From Macrostomum lignano (Eukaryota): a DNA stretch of 64,000 nt. Made by a program: the position numbers and the translations under genes. Below, in pieces: positions 11,574 to 25,119 of this stretch. The DNA lies in the NCBI GenBank assembly GCA_002269645.1, contig NIVC01002573.1:1-64000 (forward strand), given 5' to 3'. The stretch's first letter is position 1. Each line of letters opens with the position of its first letter. The notes under the pieces are model-generated. The model had not been told where the DNA came from. It worked only from the letters and a program-made list of their open reading frames with translations, and made no database searches.

Positions 11574-14502
11574 CTTGGGGGCAGCAGATTTAGTTGCAAT
11601 TTGAGTCTGTTGTGATTCAAAATCAAATGCATTTGACCTGAATATTCAGGGTTTCATCGGACATTTTTTAACTACTAGTATTGCTAATGCACCTTTCAAA
11701 ATAGCAAAACTTGCGAATTCACAAACATTGTTACATCAAATTGCAGTACAATTTTTGAATTGATTAAATTTTTAGCACCAAACTTTATTAAAAAAAATTT
11801 AATAGATAAGAAGTATTACATATTTATTAGAATGTTTCATCTAAAAAATGCCAGATACTTGTTAGATATATATCATATATGCACAACACCTGGCCAAGCC
11901 AGCCAATCTGGCTTGCAAGTCACCTAGCCAAGGTAAGCTGCAAAAATTCCTATCCAAAAATATAGAATTAGTAGTACTAATTAAATGGCAATGCTTTTAG
12001 CCTTAATTAACAATATAGTTATAGACTATATAGACTATAAATTCTATAGACTACTCCTGCCATTTACCCAAAGTTACATTTTTGGTAAAAAAAGTTGCAT
12101 AGGCCATAGCCAATATAAATCAGGGGGGGTTGCACATGTATGTATATTACACTTTTTGATACATAATGAATAATACTATCTATTATACCATACTCCAAAT
12201 GATGTAGTATATGTCCAAAAATTTGGGCATTCATTGGCCCTGCATGCCATAACTAGGTGTGCATCGTTGGCATGCATCACTCCTAAGAAAATAGTATGTG
12301 AGCATACTTGGCGTGCACTTTATAGAATCACATGTAAGAGTTATTGGAAAGTCAAAAATTTGAAAAAAAAATTTTTAAGCATAAATTTCAAGCTTTCTGG
12401 TGTTTCAAGCATGTAAAAAAGTATTTAAACAAATCTTTGCATGTATCTATTTTATGTTGTAAATAGTATTGCCAAAAAAGCATAAAAATCAACCAAATTC
12501 TGTTAATAGGGTTCTATTTATGCAATTTAAAAAGGTAATTTATAGTCACAATGTAAAAAAGGTCATGCATCTCTTTAAATGCAAATATGGTAGGGCATCC
12601 AATGATCATATTTATAGCCTAGGCCTAGTATATGCAAAAATTAAAAAGGTGAAAAAGGGGTTTTCTTTAAATGGCTATAACCTTTTCAATATTTAGGTCT
12701 TACTATATGGCAATGTTTTAGTTCTACTATATATTGTATATGGTAAAAATATAATATAGACCCTAATAGAATATAACATAAGGCCTACAGTAAATAAATA
12801 TCATAAGAGCTTTATGTACTTTTATAGTTTTATAGACAATACATTTTTTAACTTGCTGTAATCTATCTATAGGCCTATTCTTCTCAAATATACACTATTT
12901 TTGGAATAAACTCTTAAATGCAAAGTGCAACAAGGTCCTTGAAGCAATCTAATGCCATAGCCCAGGCCATAGCCTTTATATATACTAATATACCACGTAC
13001 AATAATGCACATTACATTAAATAAAATATAATAATATATATAATATATAATAATATATATAATAAAACAATCGTAATTCAACATTAAACACATCACAAAT
13101 GTCACGCAAATCCCATGCAAATGTATATGCTACAAATTATGTGTAGCCAAGCCAATTTTTAAATCACTTTTTTGTCAATTTAAATCAATTTTTTAAATCA
13201 CAAAACTAAAGTAAGCAAAAATATTAGGACCCAAAAGAAAAGAGGACCCAAAAGGGATTCAATTGTAAAAATCACGAAGCCCATTTTCAGTGGGACTGTG
13301 CATTTAAAAAAAAATAAAATTACGAGTGACATGCAACACTGCTGCCACTGCTCCGCGCGGGCGGACTTTCTATAGTTGTAGAGGTCTCTCGGGTGTTGAA
13401 TGAGACTTCAAAAGAACGCAAACGACAAATCTTGCGCTTAGGAAACAAACTAAACAGTAAAAATAAAATTAAATTTTGATTAAAATACAGGTCTTCTGGC
13501 GCTAAGAAGCTTTTGTTCAGTTTATTAAGTAATGCCTATAAGCATTACGATGTATATTGTTAAAACTAGTCAAACGTAGAGTAATTATTTAGGAGCCAAC
13601 AAGTTGAGTCAGAAAATTACAACTTTTAAAGATCAAATTGTCTTGTTGGTTATTTAAGTTATAAATTGTGATTGCTCAGTAGTATAAAATTTAAACGTCT
13701 CAGAATTTGATCACAATTCCACATAGAGCCGCCGGAATTATTTCGGAGCAGTAACACAAATTATAAATTATAAATTCAGAACTTTCTTAGAAACCAACCA
13801 AGCGCCTAAAAAGTTTTTACTTGCTTACATTTTTGTTGTTTTATGGTATTATTTAATGTATAATTATTTACAATGTTCATTCCTTTAATTCTTGCAATAC
13901 TTTTTAACAAGTAGGTTTGCGATTGACAACACACTACTTTATGTCAAACTTGATTCACTTTTTGTTAGAAGACAGGACAGGCTAACTGTCTTGACATCAG
14001 GAATTTAAAAAGTCAAAATATTTTTGCGATTGCGAAGTGTGCATATGACTCTTGACTGTTAAATGATTTTCGAATTACAGTAGTCCCAAAAAGTCAATTT
14101 TCAGTATTAAATTAAAATAGGGAATTAGGTAATAAGATATCACAAAATAGTTTGCTGTTTAATCTGACTATGTCTTATGATTATGAATGACTGAATGTAT
14201 TATCTTTAATATAAAATAGGACAAAATTATGAATAAAAAAGTATTGTTAAACCTTTGATTATTGAAGCTTACAATATATGATTGTTTTATTGTGTTTGTT
14301 TCCTGTGCTAATTTAACTTTTCAATTTGCTTGGCTAAATAATATGTTTTCATCTTTTTCTTTGAATTCAAGCAAAAGCTTATCTGATTAGACCCATGGAA
14401 AACATAAAGAATTTTACTTTTTGGTAACTTTTGTATGCCAGACTGAATTTTATATGATACCTTTCCACTTTTTAGCTTAATATTTAAAATCAGATAACTG
14501 CA

Positions 14503-17500
14503 ATGGAAGAAAAGGAGTTACTGCAGCCTCAGGCTACTCAGTGTGCCCCACAGCAGCAGCCAAAACTCATGGGTAGGGATTAATTTTAATCTTATTTCTG
14601 TCTGCATGGTAGTGACATTTTTTGTAAAGCTACATCTTCTGATTCTGACTCGCAGACCGCATCCGGTCATTTCCAAAAGACTTCGCTGACACTGGCCAGC
14701 TGATGATCTCCGCCAAGCGCTGGCTGACCGTTTCCACTGAGCCCGTGCCTGACTGCGATATCGTCGTCATGTTTCCACGCGATGCTGACAAGGAATTCGT
14801 TGCTTGGTGCCGGCACTCGCTGCTGAATCATGTGCCTGATCTCACTCTGCGCCAAGTGGAACTGCAGTACTCCAGATGCGTTGCTCTCTATGTTACCGCG
14901 TCTTTTAGAAGGTTTGGCTTGACTCTGAAAAAAATTATTTTGTAATATTTCTGGGGTTCTAGAGGATTTAGGTGTGAAGGTGTGATGCGGCACCAGTTAG
15001 ATCAGGAAGGGTAGTGGCGCTCGCTCACCTCCAACCACTTGGCTCGCCCATGGCCAGCCTATTAAAGGCCGCGGACACGGTGGGTCTTCGCAAGCGCCTC
15101 CGCAGCAGCTACGGCGGCGGCTACCAGGAGTTCACCCTGGAGGAGCTCGACCTGTTCGCTAATGGCCAGTCTGCCAGCGACTTTTTCAGTAGCCAGGAGC
15201 GCCAGGGACTCGTGCGGCATCTTCTGCTGAGCTGGCGGCTCGAGGCAGCCAATTGCTGGCCGGGACTCTCGCTGACTGAGCAGCAGCCAGCGCTGCCGCA
15301 ACTGCAGGTATGAGCTGTGCTCATGCACAGTATGAGCTATGACTGTGCTCATGTACAGTATGAGCTATGACTGTGCTCATGTACCGTATGAGCTATGACT
15401 GTGCTCATGTAAAGTATGAGCTATGACTGTGCTCATGTACCGTATGAGCTATGACTGTGCTCATGTACAGTATGAGCTATGACTGTGCTCATGTACAGTA
15501 TGAGCTATGACTGTGCTCATGTACCGTATGAGCTATGACTGTGCTCATGTACAGTATGAGCTATGACTGTGCTCATGTACCGTATGAGCTATGACTGTGC
15601 TCATGTACAGTATGAGCTATGACTGTGATCATGTACAGTATGAGCTATGACTGTGCTCATGTAAAGTATGAGCTATGACTGTGCTCATGTACCGTATGAG
15701 CTATGACTGTGCTCATGTACAGTATGAGCTATGACTGTGCTCATGTACAGTATGAGCTATGACTGTGCTCATGTAAAGTATGAGCTATGACTGTGCTCAT
15801 GTACCGTATGAGCTATGACTGTGCTCATGTACAGTATGAGCTATGACTGTGCTCATGTACAGTATGAGCTATGACTGTGCTCATGTTGCCCGCAGGTGCG
15901 CGGCCTGGTCCAGGCGGTTTTCCCGCTGCACTGCCAGCGCGATCTGAGCCGCCTTCAGGCCAGCTGGGTTGGCCGGCTGTTCCGGCCGCAGCCGCTTAAC
16001 GCAGTGCAGGAATATTTCGGAGTAAAGGTCGCTCTGTACTTTGCCTGGCTGGGCTTCTACACCATGGCCTTGCTGGCTCCAGCCCTGGTCGGCGCCGCGG
16101 CGCACTTTCTGAGCTCAAGCGACGCCGCCTGCGGGCTGCTGGTCTGCTTCAACATCCTCTGGGCCACCGTCTACCTGGAGATGTGGAAGCGGCACAGCTC
16201 TGTGCTCACCTACGACTGGGGCACCTTGGACAGCGGCAACACCGACCTGCTGGACGAGTGCCGGCCGCTGTTTAAGGTAGGGCATTTTCTTATAAGCTTT
16301 TTGTGGCCGTTGTGGGTCATGGTGGCTGATGTGGGTCATGGTGGCTGATGTGGGTCATGGTGGCTGATGTAGGTCCTGGTGGTTGTTGTTGGTCATGGTG
16401 GCTGATGTGGGTCATGGTTGGCTGATCTGGGTCATGGTGGTTGTTGTGGGTCATGGTGGCTGATGTTGGTCATAGTGGCTGATGTGGTTCATGGTTGCTG
16501 ATGTGGGTCAAGTGTATTGCATGGGTCAAGGTGTATTGCATGGGTCAAGGTGTATTGCATGGGTCAAGGTGTATTGCATGGGTCAAGGTGTATTGCATGG
16601 GTCAAGGTGTATTGCATGGGTCAAGGTGTATTGCATGGGTCAAGGTGTATTGCATGGGTCAAGGTGTATTGCATGGGTCAAGGTGTATTGCATGGGTCAA
16701 GGTGTATTGCATGGGTCAAGGTGTATTGCATGGGTCAAGGTGTATTGCATGGGTCAAGGTGTATTGCATGGGTCAAGGTGTATTGCATGGGTCAAGGTGT
16801 ATTGCATGGGTCAAGGTGTATTGCATGGGTCAAGGTGTATTGCATGGGTCAAGGTGTATTGCATGGGTCAAGGTGTATTGCATGGGTCAAGGTGTATTGC
16901 ATGGGTCAAGGTGTATTGCATGGGTCAAGGTGTATTGCATGGGTCAAGGTGTATTGCATGGGTCAAGGTGTATTGCATGGGTTAAGTGTATTTTGCGGGT
17001 CAGTTAAGTACAAAGCGCAAAGCGAGCTCCTTACCACGCCGCAGGGCCAGCCCAGCATCAGCCGCATCACGGGCCGCGTGACCCTGGCGTATCCGGCATG
17101 GAAGCGGCTGGCCATCCGCTACCTGATCAGCCTGCCGGTCATCGCTGCCTGCCTGGCCGCGGTGGTCTGCCTGATGCTGCTGCAGTTCGCCTTCCAGGAC
17201 TGGATCACCGAGATGGTGACGGAGAAGGCGCTGCCGTCCGTGGTGGATTTTGCACCGAAAGTCACCAACGCCCTCGTCATCTCCATGTGCGACTATTTTT
17301 ACAAGGGCATCGCCAAGTGGCTGAACGATTTGGGTGAGGGCGACAGTGGATGCGTGCTGAGTGCGAATGCGATTGAATGTCACCGACACTGGATTCTGGA
17401 AATATCCATGGGTCACTGAACTCTGCGAAATCCCATGGGTCACTGAACTCTGCAAAATCCCATGGGTCACTGAACTCGGCGAATGAGTCACTGAAATCTG

Positions 17501-20500
17501 CGAAATCCCATGGGGCATGGGACTCTTAATACGTCACTGCATTCATATGGGTCACTAAATTCTAATGGTTCACTGGATTCTAATGGGTAACTAACTTCTG
17601 ATGGGTAACTGGATTCTTGTGGGCAACTGAATTCTAATGGGTAACTGGGTTCTAATGGGTAACTGAATTCTAATGGGTAACTGAATTCTAATGGTTAACT
17701 GAATTCTAATGGGTAACTGAATTCTAATAGGTAACTGGGTTCTAATGGGTAACTGAATTCTAATGGTTAACTGAATTCTAATAGGTAACTGGGTTCTACT
17801 GGATTTTAATTCAGCAAATATCCTTTATTCCCGCGCAAAAATCAGAGAACATTCGCGTGGAAGAGTCTTACAGAAGTCACCTGATCATCAAGCTGATTTT
17901 GGTAAGTCCATCTGTTTACAAAATTATTATTTAGCTTATGTCACATTTATTAATTAAAAATTAAAAAACAGACTCCTAAAAAATCCAGTTTCAATCGGTG
18001 AATTCGTTCCTGTCGCTATTCTACGTGGCATTCTACCGCCAGGACATGAGCATGCTCAAGCAGGTTCGTACTGACACCGGATGTCGAATCTTTGTGGTTT
18101 GTTTCGTTTAGTTAGTTCGAAGTACTTACTAAATTACTTGTTGATGGCTTAGAAATTGGATGAATCTTGCAGCGGGTATTATCTATGTCATTTTGTGTCA
18201 CCCCAAACACTCGCCTAAGACCTGCGCCTAATAGCACCATTCGCTGAATCTTGCAGCAACTCGCAGCTCTCCTGCTCACCCGCCAAATCATCGACAACAT
18301 CAAGGAGGTCGGCATCCCGTTTGTGATGTCCCGAATTCGTAACTACAAGATGAGCCTCGACTACGAAAGGCAGAAGAAGCGCGACTCGGCCGAACCGGAC
18401 ACTGCCCCGGACACCGAGGGCAGTCCGGGAATCACACAGACCGAAGTTGAAGCCAGTCTGGAAGCCGTGAGTGTCTGGTTTGACTTACTATTGGGTGTTG
18501 GAGCACTGTCTGGAGTGTGTGCGTAGCTTAGAGCTGAGGGTGTTGGAGCAGTGTCTGGGGTGTGTGCGTAGCTTAGAGCTGAGGGTGTTGGCGCAGTGTC
18601 TGGGGTGTGTGCGTAGCTTAGAGCTGAGGGTGTTGGCGCAGTGTCTGGGGTGTGTGCGTAGCTTAGAGCTGAGGGTGTTGGAGCAGTGTCTGGGGTGTGT
18701 GCGTAGCTTAGAGGGGTGTTGGAGCACTGTCTGGGGTGTGTGCGTAGCTTAGAGGGGTGTTGGAGCACTGTCTGGGGTGTGTGCGTAGCTTAGAGCTGAG
18801 GGTGTTGGAGCAGTGTCTGGGGTGTGTGCGTAGCTTAGAGGGGTGTTGGAGCACTGTCTGGGGTGTGTGCGTAGCTTAGAGGGGTGTTGGAGCAGTGTCT
18901 GGGGTGTGTGCGTAGCTTAGAGGGGTGTTGGAGCAGTGTCTGGGGTGTGTGCGTAGCTTAGAGGGGTGTTGGAGCAGTGTCTGGGGTGTGTGCGTAGCTT
19001 AGAGGGGTGTTGGAGCAGTGTCTGGGGTGTGTGCGTAGCTTAGAGGGGTGTTGGAGCAGTGTCTGGGGTGTGTGCGTAGCTTAGAGGGGTGTTGGCGCAG
19101 TGTCTGGGGTGTGTGCGTAGCTTAGAGCTGAGGGTGTTGGAGCAGTGTCTGGGGTGTGTGCGTAGCTTAGAGCTGAGGGTGTTGGCGCAGTGTCTGGGGT
19201 GTGTGCGTAGCTTAGAGCTGAGGGTGTTGGCGCAGTGTCTGGGGTGTGTGCGTAGCTTAGAGCTGAGGGTGTTGGAGCACTGTCTGGGGTGTGTGCGTAG
19301 CTTAGAGCTGAGGGTGTTGGAGCAGTGTCTGGGGTGTGTGCGTAGCTTAGAGGGGTGTTGGAGCAGTGTCTGGGGTGTGTGCGTAGCTTAGAGGGGTGTT
19401 GGAGCAGTGTCTGGGGTGTGTGCGTAGCTTAGAGGGGTGTTGGAGCAGTGTCTGGGGTGTGTGCGTAGCTTAGAGGGGTGTTGGAGCAGTGTCTGGGGTG
19501 TGTGCGTAGCTTAGAGCTGAGGGTGTTGGAGCAGTGTCTGGGGTGTGTGCGTAGCTTAGAGGGGTGTTGGAGCAGTGTCTGGGGTGTGTGCGTAGCTTAG
19601 AGCTGAGGGTGTTGGAGCAGTGTCTGGGGTGTGTGCGTAGCTTAGAGGGGTGTTGGAGCAGTGTCTGGGGTGTGTGCGTAGCTTAGAGCTGAGGGTGTTG
19701 GAGCACTGTCTGGGGTGTGTGCGTAGCTTAGAGGGGTGTTGGAGCACTGTCTGGGGTGTGTGCGTAGCTTAGAGGGGTGTTGGAGCACTGTCTGGGGTGT
19801 GTGCGTAGCTTAGAGCTGAGGGTGTTGGCGCAGTGTCTGGGGTGTGTGCGTAGCTTAGAGCTGAGGGTGTTGGAGCAGTGTCTGGGGTGTGTGCGTAGCT
19901 TAGAGCTGAGGGTGTTGGCGCAGTGTCTGGGGTGTGTGCGTAGCTTAGAGCTGAGGGTGTTGGCGCAGTGTCTGGGGTGTGTGCGTAGCTTAGAGCTAAG
20001 GGTGTTGGAGTACTGTCTGGGGTGTGTGCGTAGCTTAGAGCTGAGGGTGTTGGCGCAGTGTCTGGGGTGTGTGCGTAGCTTAGAGGGGTGTTGGAGCAGT
20101 GTCTGGGGTGTGTACGTAGCTTAGAGGGGTGTTGGAGCACTGTCTGGGGTGTGTGCGTAGCTTAGAGGGGTGTTGGAGCAGTGTCTGGGGTGTGTACGTA
20201 GCTTAGAGGGGTGTTGGAGCAGTGTCTGGGGTGTGTGCGTAGCTTAGAGGGGTGTTGAAGCACTGTCTGGGGTGTGTGCGTAGCTTAGAGGGGTGTTGGA
20301 GCAGTGTCTGGGGTGTGTACGTAGCTTAGAGGGGTGTTGGAGCAGTGTCTGGGGTGTGTGCGTAGCTTAGAGCTGAGGGTGTTGGAGTACTGTCTGGGGT
20401 GTGTGCGTAGCTTAGAGCTGAGGGTGTTGGCCCAGTGTCTGGGGTGTGTGCGTAGCTTAGAGTTGAGGGTGTTGGAGTACTGTCTGGGGTGTGTGCGTAG

Positions 20501-22354
20501 CTTAGAGGGGTGTTGGAGCAGTGTCTGGGGTGTGTGCGTAGCTTAGAGGGGTGTTGGAGCAGTTTCTGGGGTGTGTGCGTAGCTTAGAGGGGTGTTGGAG
20601 CAGTGTCTGGGGTGTGTGCGTAGCTTAGAGGGGTGTTGAAGCACTGTCTGGGGTGTGTGCGTAGCTTAGAGCTGAGGGTGCTGGCCCAGTGTCTGGGGTG
20701 TGTGCGTAGCTTAGAGCTGAGGGTGTTGGCGCAGTGTCTGGGGTGTGTGCGTAGCTTAGAGCTGAGGGTGTTGGAGTACTGTCTGGGGTGTGTGCGTAGC
20801 TTAGAGGGGTGTTGGAGCAGTGTCTGGGGTGTGTACGTAGCTTAGAGGGGTGTTGGAGCAGTGTCTGGGGTGTGTGCGTAGCTTAGAGGGGTGTTGGAGC
20901 AGTGTCTGGGGTGTGTGCGTAGCTTAGAGGGGTGTTGGAGCAGTGTCTGGGGTGTGTGCGTAGCTTAGAGGGGTGTTGGAGCAGTGTCTGGGGTGTGTGC
21001 GTAGCTTAGATGGGTGTTGGAGCACTGTCTGGGGTGTGTGCGTAGCTTAGAGGGGTGTTGGAGCAGTGTCTGGGGTGTGTGCGTAGCTTAGAGGGGTGTT
21101 GGAGCAGTGTCTGGGGTGTGTGCGTAGCTTAGAGCTGAGGGTGCTGGCCCAGTGTCTGTGGTGTCTGCGTAGCTTAGAGACACTACTTGAACCTCGATTT
21201 CCTATTTTTCCCTGCCAATCCCATTGTCCAGTACGATGACCCCTACGAAGACTACCTGGAGATGTTCATCCAGTACGGCTACATGTGCATGTTCTCCTGC
21301 GCCCTGCCCCTCGCTGGCGTCTTCTGCCTCATCAACAATGTTATGGAGATCCGGTCTGACGCCTTCAAACTGTGCACCGGCTTCAGGCGTCCCTTCGGCA
21401 CCAAGGTGTCAGACATTGGCGTCTGGCAGATGGCTCTGGAGGGCATCAGCTGCGTAGCCGTCACCGTGAATGTTGCCCTGCTCGGCGTCAGCGGCGCAGT
21501 CAGCCGATGGTTCCCCAGCCTCAGCCCGGCTCAGGTAGTCCTGCTGCTGGTCCTGTTTGAGGTGAGCCGCTTGGGGTTTCAGGTTTTGTATTTATTGGTG
21601 CAAGCCATCATGGAGTACTTTTCTGGCCAACAGCACCAAATCAAATGTGATTTGATCAAATTGACACTTGCCACCTCATTATATTCAAATGCACACGCCA
21701 GCCAGAGCACCTGCCACCCCACTCCACCCAATGTACACACTCCAGCCAGAGCACCCGCCACCCCACTCCACCCAATGTACACACTCGAGCCAGAGCACCC
21801 GCCACCCCACTCCACCCAATGTACACACCAGCCAGTGCACCCGCCACCTCACTCCACCACCCAATGTACACACTCGAGCCAGAGCACCCGCCACCCCACT
21901 CCACCCAATGTACACACCAGCCAGCGCACCCGCCACCCCACTCCACCACCCAATGTACACACTCCAGCCAGAGCACCCGCCACCTCACTCCACCCAATGT
22001 ACACACTCCAGCCAGAGCACCCGCCACCCTACTCCACCCAATGTACACACTCCAGCCAGAGCATCCGTCACCCCACTCAACCAATCGCTCGCATTTCCCA
22101 CCGCAGCACATCGTACTAGTTCTAAAGTACATCATAGCCAAGGCCATACCGGACGTGCCCCATTGGATTGAGGAGGAAATCGCCATTACTGAGCATAAGA
22201 AGCGAGCCGCACTGAAGGTGAGTGTGCTAATTACACAGATTTATTAGTTTTACCAGGTGTGACGCGAATGCAAGCAACGCTCGACCGATTCCAGCTGCAA
22301 AACCGGGCGCATCTCCGGGCTAAGCGGGAGAGCGGCAGCTGCTCAGAGGGCTGA
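14503..22354 (+). CDS. ANO8: Anoctamin-8-like (TMEM16H) protein; exons 14503-14572, 14656-14911, 15058-15307, 15896-16276, 17045-17333, 17846-17901, 17989-18063, 18257-18466, 21232-21561, 22107-22217, then a probable last exon 22257-22354
   Basis: ANO8-type segments DCDIVVMFP, LLKAADTVGLRK..YGGG, FFSSQERQ, VFPLH, QPL..VQEYFGVKVALYFAWLGFYT, ENIRVEESYRSHLIIK, FQSVNSFLSLFY, YEDYLEMFIQYGY, NNVMEIRSDAFKLC, AIPDVPHWI. The first ten exons join in frame at GT-AG sites. The last exon needs one extra G at the acceptor and is uncertain. Confidence 0.88.
15308..15886. repeat. 28-bp minisatellite filling ANO8 intron 3
   Basis: Tandem GTATGAGCTATGACTGTGCTCATGTACA units. Confidence 0.95.
16310..16990. repeat. 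Degenerate GTGGGTCATGGTGGCTGAT repeats followed by a near-perfect 19-bp array (GTGTATTGCATGGGTCAAG) in ANO8 intron 4
   Basis: Direct periodicity; the 19-aa ORF period equals 3 x 19 bp. Confidence 0.95.
17400..17805. repeat. Degenerate short tandem repeats (CATGGGTCACTGAACTC, AATTCTAATGGGTAACTG) in ANO8 intron 5
   Basis: Read directly. Confidence 0.8.
18490..21178. repeat. 45/41-bp two-variant minisatellite filling ANO8 intron 8
   Basis: TTGGAGCAGTGTCTGGGGTGTGTGCGTAGCTTAGAG(CTGA)GGGTG units, with and without CTGA. Confidence 0.96.
21700..22082. repeat. About 41-44-bp minisatellite in ANO8 intron 9
   Basis: Tandem CCACTCCACCCAATGTACACACTCCAGCCAGAGCACCCGCCACC units. Confidence 0.9.
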
Positions 22355-23564
22355 GATCGAGTTTGTCAGAGTATCGAATATTGTCTTCTACTGCCTGCTG
22401 CTGAAATCAAACTGCCATTTTGTTCACTAATATTCTAGATATGCCTGCTGCCTCCTATTGCCCGTCATCCTATCTGTTTTATGACCGCCAATTTTATTCA
22501 TTTTGAATCGTAATCCATTTTAATCTCTCGCTTAGTTCCTTCTCTCTAGCTAATTATTATTTATTGAATTTTTTAACTATCTGGCTGCCGTGCTCTTGTG
22601 ATACTACTGTGCTGCTGCGCATTCCTAGTAATATTTATAGAGTTTTATTCGCCACATTTGCTGAATCAAATCAGAGCGTATTGATATTATTGTTTCTCAC
22701 GCAGCTGATGATTTACACATTTTTACCGCTTTTAGCTTGTGTGATGAAAGCCTGCAACAAAACTTTTTCCATGTACAGATAACTTTTCTTTGGAGGGTAA
22801 TAGCGCCTTATTAACATTTCGCGTCAATCCAGACACTTGGGATTGGGAAAGCCTGAAGCAGGCGTGATTTTGTCTACAAGATAGACAGCTCAGCCCAGCG
22901 GACATGCCTGAAGATTAGAAAGTCAGGGCCTCTGTACATCCTGTGTGAGCGTATTGGCCAAAAATTGATCCGATTTTTTTAAGTTGGTTGAACAAACAGC
23001 CTGCTCGAGAGCGCCCAGCTGTTTTACTGGGATTCGTAGAAATTCCACTTTTTCTTGGAAAAAAGTATTACGAAAATTATTCCTAAATTTCTATCTACTT
23101 CTCGTTTAAATTTTTACTCTTGTAATTGTTGGATATTATTCTTTGGTGTTGACATCTTTGCTAGCATGAAGTTTCAGTGGCTGGCCTCTGAAAGCAGCTA
23201 TTTTTTAGTGAAAACGACCATGCTATATATATTATTGTCTAATAAATATCGTTTCTCAGAACTTTATTCGCTACTACTCATTAAAAATCTATTTTAAGTA
23301 GTATCTGCGTTCATTTGTTTAGTTTTTTTTCTATTTCAATCAAATTGAAAGACTTTATTTATATCGACAAGAGCGGGAAAGATAGAAGACTTCAGTAGTC
23401 ATTCAGGGCGGCATCGGCGCTGCGTAAGAGATTTTGCAGCTTTGTAAACTGGAGATTAAAATAATCTGCGTAATACACCGTAAACTAAAAAATACACAGC
23501 ATTTTTATAATAAATACATACACACAAACATCGCACCAGTTTTAGTATTTAGACTATAAGGCAA

Positions 23565-24040
23565 AAACTATCATAGCAACCATTGATATAGCAAAAATTT
23601 CCATAGCAAGCATTGTCATAGCAACAATTTCCATAGCAAGCATTGATATAGCAAACATTTCCGTAGCAAGCATTGTCATAGCAACAATTTCCATAGCAAC
23701 CATTGATATAGCAACAATTTCCATAGCAACCATTGATATAGCGACAATTTCCATAGCAACCATTGATATAGCAACAATTTCCATAGCAACCATTGATATA
23801 GCAACAATTTCCATAGCAACCATTGATATAGCAACAATTTCCATAGCAAGCATTGATATAGCAACAATTTCCATAGCAAGCATTGTCATAGCAACAATTT
23901 CCATAGCAAGCATTGTCATAGCAACAATTTCCATAGCAAGCATTGTCATAGCAACAATTTCCATAGCAAGCATTGTCATAGCAACAATTTCCATAGCAAG
24001 CATTGTCATAGCAACAATTTCCATAGCAAGCATTGTCATC
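23565..24040. repeat. 30-bp minisatellite (CCATAGCAAGCATTGTCATAGCAACAATTT)
   Basis: Direct periodicity; reads GNCCYDNACY on the minus strand. Confidence 0.92.
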
Positions 24041-24159
24041 AGAACCAGCTTTCAACTCGGAAGCAATCATTGCAGCAACTGTTGTCCTGTTAACCAAAAC
24101 TGCCACTTGACTGCTACAAACAGAAACGATAAGCATCGGAGCGGCAAGTCTCTTTCTGA

Positions 24160-25119
<960 letters not shown>

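Noticed and set aside
12000-13300. Possible transposon in the AT-rich SPTLC2-ANO8 spacer
   Set aside because: I could not identify terminal repeats or a TSD by eye.
16482-21180. Cys-rich repeat ORFs (YCMGQG..., LEQCLGCVRS...)
   Set aside because: They lie inside ANO8 introns defined by in-frame GT-AG junctions and are minisatellite translations.
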